Below, piece after piece: positions 8,492 to 15,700 of a DNA stretch of 27,417 bases. Numbering within the stretch: position 1 is the stretch's first letter; the number at the start of each line of letters is the position of its first letter. The stretch covers positions 1 to 27,417 of IMG/VR virus record IMGVR_UViG_3300010043_000012; one strand, 5' to 3'. Both the position numbers and the translations under genes were made by a program. Source of the DNA: a virus. Lineage: Duplodnaviria > Caudoviricetes. The notes beneath the pieces are model-generated. The model made no database searches and had not been told where the DNA came from. It worked only from the letters and a program-made list of their open reading frames with translations.

Positions 8492-9328
8492 ATGATAAGT
8501 ATGTGGGATAGATTAACAAATATATCAGCTAATGAATCACCGAAAATTATTATTTACGGACCACCTGGAATTGGAAAAACAACACTCGCTAGTGAGTTCC
8601 CTTCTCCTGTTTTTATTCAAATTGAAGACGGGATTCCATCTGGGATGTCTATATCATCCTTTGGTTTATTAGAAACATATGAAGAGGTTATCGAAGCTAT
8701 GAGGTCCTTATGTAAAGAGGATCATCAATTCCAGACTCTTATTATTGATAGTTTAGATAAAATGGAAGCATTATTGGCTGAAAGTATTAGTAGAAAAAAT
8801 GGATGGCAAAATATATCAACTCCTAAATATGGAGCGGGATATATTGCTTGTGATATAGAATGGAAAAAATTTTTAAATGCATTAGATGTTTTGAAATCAA
8901 GGAAAAATATGACAATTGTTGCTATATGTCATAGTTCTATAGAAAGGTTTGATGATCCGTCAATTGAATCATATAGTCAATATGATTTGAATTTGCATAA
9001 AAGATCAAAGCCTATTATTTGTGCTGAATTTGATGCAATTTTATTCCTAAAACAAGATGTTCAATTAAAAGAAGACCAGGCAGGTTTTTCAAAAAGATCT
9101 ATTGCGGAAGGATTAAACCGCATAATTTTCTGTGAAGGGAGACCATCTTTTATTGCAAAAAATAGATATAATATGCCATATAAAATCAAATATAATAAAG
9201 GAAAAGGATACGAAGAATTATCTAAGTATTTTCCGAAAAAGAAAATATTTGAAAATAAACCGATAAATAACAGTAAGGATAATGAAGATGATGAAGAAGA
9301 AAATGGGGATGAAGGTATTGTTTTATAA
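8492..9328 (+). CDS. AAA_24 / Sak4-like phage ATPase (recombination)
   Basis: YGPPGIGKTT Walker A, TLIIDSLD, YGAGY and AKNRYNMP, followed by an acidic tail. Adjacent to an SSB-like gene and a nuclease. Confidence 0.88.
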   Translation: MISMWDRLTNISANESPKIIIYGPPGIGKTTLASEFPSPVFIQIEDGIPSGMSISSFGLLETYEEVIEAMRSLCKEDHQFQTLIIDSLDKMEALLAESISRKNGWQNISTPKYGAGYIACDIEWKKFLNALDVLKSRKNMTIVAICHSSIERFDDPSIESYSQYDLNLHKRSKPIICAEFDAILFLKQDVQLKEDQAGFSKRSIAEGLNRIIFCEGRPSFIAKNRYNMPYKIKYNKGKGYEELSKYFPKKKIFENKPINNSKDNEDDEEENGDEGIVL

Positions 9329-9373
9329 TTCTTATTTAAAATTATTTTTATTTAATATTCTTAGGAGATTAAA

Positions 9374-9883
9374 ATGACTGAATTTAAAACAGAATTAATC
9401 ATTAATGAATTACCTGAAGATGATGAATTTGAACCTATTCCTGCTGGGAAATATGTTGCTGAAATTATAAATTCAGATGTTGTATCAAATAAAAATGAAG
9501 ATGGGATAATTTTAAAATTAACAATAAAAATTGTAGAAGGGGATTTCTCTGGGAGGCTTATTTTTGAAAATTTAAATATTGAAAATAAAAATGAGAAAGC
9601 TCAAAAAATTGCTCTTTCAATGCTTAGGAAACTATGCGTTGCTGTTAACTTTGAAGGAACATTAAAGAATAGTGTTGAATTACATGGCGTTCCAATAATT
9701 GTATCTGTGGTAATTAAACCGGAACAAGGTGGATATCCATCAAAAAATTCAATTCGAAAATTTGAAAAATATCAATCTAATATTCAATCTCCAAAGGATA
9801 GCAATTTAAAAAGCAAAGATGCCCCATCATGGCTTAAAAAATCTTCTATTCAAGAAGATATAGGCGATAGTGTGCCATTTTAA
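9374..9883 (+). CDS. DUF669-type single-stranded DNA-binding protein
   Basis: FEPIPAGKY...GRLIFENLNI...AQKIA pattern with an SSB-type acidic C-terminus DIGDSVPF. Strong SD AGGAGA. Confidence 0.85.
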   Translation: MTEFKTELIINELPEDDEFEPIPAGKYVAEIINSDVVSNKNEDGIILKLTIKIVEGDFSGRLIFENLNIENKNEKAQKIALSMLRKLCVAVNFEGTLKNSVELHGVPIIVSVVIKPEQGGYPSKNSIRKFEKYQSNIQSPKDSNLKSKDAPSWLKKSSIQEDIGDSVPF

Positions 9884-9891
9884 AAAAATTT

Positions 9892-9963
9892 CCCCGTATA
9901 GCTTAACAGTAAAGCATACCTTTCATGATGGCGATCATCTTGGTGCAACTCCAAGTGCGGGGA
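9892..9963 (+). tRNA. Atypical tRNA with CAT anticodon (Met or Ile2 type), weak anticodon stem
   Basis: Acceptor CCCCGTA/TGCGGGG, T8A9, D-arm GCTT-AACAGTA-AAGC, anticodon arm TACCT-TTCATGA-TGGCG (only 2 Watson-Crick pairs plus 1 wobble), T-arm CTTGG-TGCAACT-CCAAG, discriminator A followed by TCA. Confidence 0.75.
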
Positions 9964-9968
9964 TCAAT

Positions 9969-10038
9969 GGCCGGTTAACTCAATTGGTAGAGCACCGACG
10001 TAGTCGGTGGGTTTCAGGTTCGAATCCTGAATCGGCCA
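9969..10038 (+). tRNA. tRNA-like gene with a collapsed anticodon loop (GTA triloop)
   Basis: Acceptor GGCCGGT/ATCGGCC, D-arm ACTC-AATTGGTA-GAGC, T-arm TCAGG-TTCGAAT-CCTGA. The anticodon arm is CCGAC-GTA-GTCGG. Confidence 0.8.
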
Positions 10039-10103
10039 TCATCTTTATAAATTTTCAAATTAAAATTTTTTAAATAGAAACATCTAATTATTCTGGAATT
10101 GAT

Positions 10104-11045
10104 ATGTCAAATATATGTAAGAAAATAAAAAATGATATTGAGAATATGTATGAAAGATCTCAAAAAGATGAGGATTATTACCCAACTCTTAGAGCATCTC
10201 AAATTGGAGATGAGTGCTCTCGAAAACTTTGGTATAGATTAAGATGGGCATTAAAACCAAAAAAATGGTCAGGAAGGATGATTAGGCTTTTTGAAACAGG
10301 AAAGAAAGAAGAAGATAGGATTATTCAAAATCTAAAAGACGCAGGATTTGATGTCTTATTTCAACAGAAAGAAATATTGCCCTTATCGAATGGCTCCTTA
10401 ACAGGATCGATTGATGGTCAAATTCCTTTAACAATTCGTGAAGGTGAACAAGAATTCTATCTTATAGAAATAAAAACTCATAATGATATTAATTGGAAAA
10501 GCTGGAATCGCTACGGAGTAGAAATATCTCATCCTAAACATTTTGGTCAAATATGCACTTACCTCACTGGATTAGATTTAAAAAAATGTATATATATATC
10601 CCTTAATAAAAATACAGATGAGATAGGGTTAGAAGAAATAAATAAAGATGACGAAAAATGCAAAAAAATATTAAAAAAGGCGTCAGATATAGTATACTCA
10701 GAAGATATACCATTAAGAATATTAGATAAAAAAAATCTCTGGATGTGTAAACTTTGCGAATTCAATAATATATGCTATGAAGAAGATTTACCAAGAAAAA
10801 ATTGTAGAACTTGTATAAATTTTGAATTTGATTCATCCGGAACATTTGGAAAACATAAATGTAATAAGTTTTCGACTGACCTATCATTAGATCAACAAAA
10901 ACAAGGATGCAGTTCTCATATTTACAATCCGAAAATGATAAATGCAAAACAGATAAATTTCAATAAAAAAGAGGAGAGTGTAACATATAAATTAAAAAAT
11001 GGAAAAACCTTTAAAAATTGTATAAAAGGTGATATATACGAATAA
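10104..11045 (+). CDS. PD-(D/E)XK exonuclease, Cas4/YqaJ-like, with Cys clusters
   Basis: ASQIGDECSRKLWY, GSIDG, EIKT, HFGQICTY, CKLCEFNNIC and NCRTC. Confidence 0.85.
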   Translation: MSNICKKIKNDIENMYERSQKDEDYYPTLRASQIGDECSRKLWYRLRWALKPKKWSGRMIRLFETGKKEEDRIIQNLKDAGFDVLFQQKEILPLSNGSLTGSIDGQIPLTIREGEQEFYLIEIKTHNDINWKSWNRYGVEISHPKHFGQICTYLTGLDLKKCIYISLNKNTDEIGLEEINKDDEKCKKILKKASDIVYSEDIPLRILDKKNLWMCKLCEFNNICYEEDLPRKNCRTCINFEFDSSGTFGKHKCNKFSTDLSLDQQKQGCSSHIYNPKMINAKQINFNKKEESVTYKLKNGKTFKNCIKGDIYE

Positions 11046-11073
11046 TTATTTTGATATTGAAAAGGAGATCCAA

Positions 11074-11430
11074 ATGAACAGGATATATAAATTCACATTT
11101 TTTTCATGCGTAATTTCATCTAGCATTTTATTAGCCGGATGTCAGACCTTAACTCTTCAGCAACTTAATGCAGATATACAAGAAGCCACAACTATTTCCT
11201 GTATTTTAGCAGATGGATCTCAAATTGCATACACAGTTGGTTCTCAGGCAGTTCAAGCTGCAGATATTTCTGCGCAAAATTTCATTCAAGCATCAAGTAA
11301 AATAGCGCAAGGATCAACTGCTATTTGTAATGCGTTAACCAAAATTAATTCTCAAATAGCCTTGACTCCATCTATTCCTGCAGCTTCTGCTAATTTAGTG
11401 TCAACTCCAACAGTAATCCCTATTCAGTAA
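11074..11430 (+). CDS. Lipoprotein of unknown function
   Basis: ATG 11074 follows AAGGAGA. MNRIYK plus a hydrophobic stretch ending in the lipobox LAGC. Confidence 0.8.
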   Translation: MNRIYKFTFFSCVISSSILLAGCQTLTLQQLNADIQEATTISCILADGSQIAYTVGSQAVQAADISAQNFIQASSKIAQGSTAICNALTKINSQIALTPSIPAASANLVSTPTVIPIQ

Positions 11431-11458
11431 ATAATTTTTTTTTCATATATTTTCTTAT

Positions 11459-11487
11459 TTGACAAAAACAAATAAATAATATACATA
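11459..11487 (+). promoter_or_regulatory. Putative sigma70 promoter (TTGACA-N17-TACATA)
   Basis: Perfect -35 in the intergenic gap upstream of the tandem-HTH gene. Confidence 0.55.
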
Positions 11488-11535
11488 TGAATTCACCATA
11501 GAGTATTTATGGATTACTTTCTGAAAGGATATAAC

Positions 11536-11997
11536 ATGACCTCTCATATTGGAGATAAAATTCGTTTTCTTCGAAAAGAAAAAGGACTTTCATTAAATGA
11601 TGTCAGTCAATATATTGGATTAAAAACACCAAATGCAATTTTAATGATTGAATATGGACAAACAAGCCCAACCTTAGAAAGGATAGAGAAAATTTGCAAT
11701 TTATTTGATATTTCTATTCAAGATCTTTTGTCTATAGTCGTTCCAACCGAACACATTGAACGAACAGAACCAACAGCTCTTGGTCAAAAAATTAAAAAAG
11801 CTAGAATACATTTAGGCCATTCCGTTGCTGAATTAGCAAAAGCTTCTGAAATTGCAGAAAATAAAATTAAGCGTATAGAAAAAGGATCAAGCCGAGAACT
11901 TCCATCTTCATCTATTTTTTCAATCGCAAAAGCATTGAATATTTCTGTTGATTATCTTTTAGATGATTCTAAGCCTATTATAGAAAATAATGAATAA
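11536..11997 (+). CDS. XRE-family regulator with two tandem HTH domains
   Basis: IGDKIRFLRKEKGLS...IEYGQTSPTLERIEKICNLFDIS and LGQKIKKARIHLGHS...IEKG...IAKALNISVDYLL. ATG 11536 follows GAAAGGA. Confidence 0.88.
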   Translation: MTSHIGDKIRFLRKEKGLSLNDVSQYIGLKTPNAILMIEYGQTSPTLERIEKICNLFDISIQDLLSIVVPTEHIERTEPTALGQKIKKARIHLGHSVAELAKASEIAENKIKRIEKGSSRELPSSSIFSIAKALNISVDYLLDDSKPIIENNE

Positions 11998-11998
11998 A

Positions 11999-12331
11999 TC
12001 ACTTTAATGCCGTTGCTATTAAATTAAATACAAATAACCAGCCATTCGAAAGGAAAAGAGTGGCTGCTAATATCAAAGCAATAAACATTTTTAATATTTT
12101 CGGGGCTGCATCTAACCACCGCGTAATCCTATCTAAAGAATCCCCTTGAGTTCTTAAAGTTCTCTCTATTTCTGAAAAACTTTTATCTGTTTTTGCAGAA
12201 TGCAAATCTAATGATTTTTTAGATTCTTCTATTTTCTGAGAAAGATGATCAACCTTGACCTCAACCGCAGTCAATCTTTCTGCCATTTTGAGAAAATCCT
12301 CGATAATGGTCATTTCAATTCTTTCGTGCAT
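11999..12331 (-). CDS. Coiled-coil protein with C-terminal membrane anchor (XhlA-like, lysis-associated)
   Basis: ERLTAVEVKVDHL coiled coil followed by the hydrophobic MFIALILAATLFLSNGWLFVFNLIA. Adjacent to the holin-like gene. The start may be 12313. Confidence 0.6.
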   Translation of the reverse strand: MHERIEMTIIEDFLKMAERLTAVEVKVDHLSQKIEESKKSLDLHSAKTDKSFSEIERTLRTQGDSLDRITRWLDAAPKILKMFIALILAATLFLSNGWLFVFNLIATALK

Positions 12332-12379
12332 CTCTATTCTTTTCTTTAAAAAAAATATAAGAGACTTTTTATTTTCAAT

Positions 12380-12682
12380 TTATGAAGTTGAATCTGAAGA
12401 TGGAGGAGAGGGCATGCTCTTAGACGCAGAATAATCTATTAAAACCTCATCTGCAAGATTAACAGCAGATTTAATTGTCAATCCGATTTGACTCGTTGCC
12501 TTAATTCGCCCGACTAAAGCTGTAATCCCTCCGAAAGCAGCAATAAGAGATGACAGAGCAGTTCCCGAATCTCCTATTTGATAAGCGTAAATTGCTGTGC
12601 TCAATCCGGCGCCTATAGCTGCAAACGATCCCCAAACAGTTTGAGATGTCCAAATAGGCTTTTTATCTGATGATAGCGTCAT
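12380..12682 (-). CDS. Holin-like membrane protein (two TM segments)
   Basis: KPIWTSQTVWG motif, two hydrophobic helices, GRIKAT. ATG 12682 follows GGAGA. Confidence 0.65.
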   Translation of the reverse strand: MTLSSDKKPIWTSQTVWGSFAAIGAGLSTAIYAYQIGDSGTALSSLIAAFGGITALVGRIKATSQIGLTIKSAVNLADEVLIDYSASKSMPSPPSSDSTS

Positions 12683-12734
12683 GTATGTCTCCATTTCTAT
12701 CTTTTTGTAACAAAAATAATTTCTTTTATCAAAT

Positions 12735-15700
12735 TTATTTATCACTATGAACTAGCCATCTTCTAGCTTTCGCGGCATATTCAGCCAATATAGGATATTT
12801 TCGAATTAATTGATTAGCTGCAGCATTTCTAGCCTGTTTCACAGTTTCAACAATTAAATCATGGCGATCTTCAGCTGATGCTTTTCCCCATGCCCCGCTC
12901 TGCATTATTTTTAAAAGCTGTATATGAGCCGTTCGTCCAGATAATTGACTGTACTCTCTATACTGATCATCAGTAAGAGGGTGATTATTAATTTGTTTTT
13001 GTACTTTCCCAATTGAAAACCCACTTCCATCTAAATAATTCCGAACAGGATCTTGAGAAATCTGCGATCTTCGTATTCCAAGGCCTATTAAATAATGAGG
13101 GTCATCAACATCTAGTATCGGGTCTCCCCATGTATCTAATTTATTCGGAACATTTTCTGTAAGAAATGGAATTCCTTTTTCAAGATTTTGTATGAACCCA
13201 TGCGCATCTTTCATATAAGGATCTTCATATCTTGAAATCTGCCTCAAAAAAGATGAATATGGAACAAAATTTGAGATTAAAGATGATGCATAATTAATTC
13301 CATATTTTCCAGGATCATCAATGGCTTTAGCTAAATTTGACATCGCTCCGAATGGACTTTCATCTAAGAATAACCGGGAAGCAGCATGCGCAAGATGGTT
13401 AAAAGCTGCATGCAATCCATCTTCAGATAATCCATGAGATATACCCCACAAATCAGCTGAAGCTGAAAGGAGTTTCCCAATAGCCCCGAGCTTTCCAATA
13501 TCATATTGAAAATTTCCAATTTGGATACTATGAGGCATATTGCCATCATTTAACCAATTTAATCGATTCGCAGGATCAGTAGGGCCATCTCCATTTAAAA
13601 TATGTCTTGATGCCCACCATAACCCAAGTGTGGTTAACGCACTTCCAGCCAAAATCTTTGCTATCTGCATATCTTGAGCAATATTCCCATTTTTACCCAA
13701 TAAATCATTCCTTGCAGATTTAGACGCAAATGCTAATATTCCATTCTCTGTAAATGACTTTTTTGCCAATTCCCCCTGAATTCTATTAAATGGTATGACA
13801 AACCTCAATGGCCGTATCCCCGTATCCCCGATTTCTAAATCTAAAACTTTACTAGTAGCCTTCGCCACCTTCCCTGGCTCTCCCATTAAAACATCACTAT
13901 ATGCAGACTTTCCGAATTCTTTCATTTTTTCAATTGGAGGATTCTGGCTTAACTCCGCTACTCTTTGTGAATATGCTTCTCCATGAAGTCCTTCATTTGC
14001 GGCTGTTCTATATGCCCATTTTGTACGCTCTATATTATAATTAAGAACAGAAAAGAAACTATGAATAGGAGTAACCATTCTCTCGCTGGGGGCCCGGATA
14101 GCAGACCCGACCGGAACCGTCAATTTACCTCCGATATTAATATCCGGGATCGAACCTAAATTTGATCGCTTGAATGTAAAAAGAGGAGAATTTTTATCTA
14201 TCCTTCCATTTTTTATAAGATCATACATAGATAAAAATGTATCCTGAATCCCATGAAGCATTCCAACAAAATCAGGTAATAAATCAGAAAATTTTGCATT
14301 TATATTTACTTGTGGCCTTTCAACAAAATCAATTCCAGGCGAAGACGAAACAACATTTCCAGATTGAGTTTCTTTAATATCTTCACCTGGAAGCCTAACT
14401 GGGGCTCCGGCTTTAAAGGCCTCTTTGGCAGCCACAAAAGGGATAGGATTGAAAAGTTCTCGGGGGAAAGCTTTCATTTCTCCAAGCCTTACCCGTTCTC
14501 CTTCTCGACCTAGAGCAGATGCGATATTGCCAATCCCAGCTGCTGTTGGCGTTACTAGAAGATTTCTATACATAGATAATATCATATTTCCAATGGCATA
14601 TGCTTTATGAGTGATCGGATTGGATATTAAAAAATTGATATATGCTTCATGAATTTTATCTCCTACTTTACCATGAATTTCATTTCTAAGAAATGAAGAT
14701 GCCCCTTGTACAGAATCAATAGATTTTGATCTTTCAATTTCTTGTTCTAATTGAAAAAGAGTCATCCCAGCTGTTTTTTTTAAAAGATCATTTACGTCAT
14801 CCCTATTAGATGATAATAATTTACTTCTTCTAAAATTACCTAATCCCCTACCAGCATTAGCTTCATATCCAGAAAAATACCCAGAAATAAGATCAGCCTG
14901 TTGTCTAGCCTCCCAATAAGATAAAGCATCTGCCGGATCTTGAGTTTGAGTCCATTTATCTCTTGCATCTAAGTATTTTTCTAAAGAAGAAATCATCATC
15001 TGTCTTGCCGCATCAACATTTTCGGAGACAATACGAGACATATGAAAAAGATTCTGCATTTGTTTTTGATTGAATCCTACGTCTTCTCCAAATTTTAATA
15101 CATCTCCCTCTGTTAATGGTGTTTTTATCCTAAAATTCTTGAAATCATCATTTTGCTCTGCTAATTGCTCGAGTGTTTCTTTTATTTTTTCAACATCAGT
15201 TAAATTATCTAAATGAATATTTGCAGCTCTTCTTACATAGGGGGTAGGGGCTGGGGCTCGTCGTTCTCGCGCGACAGGGGAAAGATCGGATATTCCGGCC
15301 CTTCCGGAATTTTCTGATCCTCGGGCTGTTCCACTGGGAAAGCGTCCAGAGCTTTCTGCCTTATTTGTGCCGCCGCCCGCATTGATCGAACCATTTGATG
15401 TGCCGCTGATGTCGCTCTTGGAGATAGATCTGAATCCCTCGCTACTTGACTCCATTTCTGAAGCTCGTTTTTCGATTGTTGTAGTTTCTCCTTTAGATTC
15501 ATTTGAGGCAAGGATTTTGTTGATAGATTTTTCAAGTTCATTTTTTACCTCAAATGGTTGATCTGAAAAAAATCTAGATGCTTCTTCGTGAATTCTATCT
15601 GCTTCAGGAGCTTCCGGGTGAGGAATAGCATGAAGAGCATCAGTTTCATGGATATCAGATAGCGTTGGTCCTTTTGAAACATCTGGAATGATAACTGTTT

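Noticed and set aside
9921-9927. Reading tRNA 1 as a TCA (opal suppressor/Sec) anticodon
   Set aside because: That register gives T at position 37 and no stem. Spacing from the D- and T-arms places CAT at 34-36, and TGA is used as a normal stop in this window.
9870-10073. 67-aa ORF
   Set aside because: It overlies the two tRNA-like genes and is most likely a by-product of their sequence.
10104-11045. Cas4-like gene as evidence of CRISPR
   Set aside because: No repeat-spacer array or other cas genes; it sits in a standard phage recombination module.
11509-11517. ATGGATTAC matching the start of the 18-bp operator
   Set aside because: Only 9 bp match and the remainder differs, which is compatible with chance.
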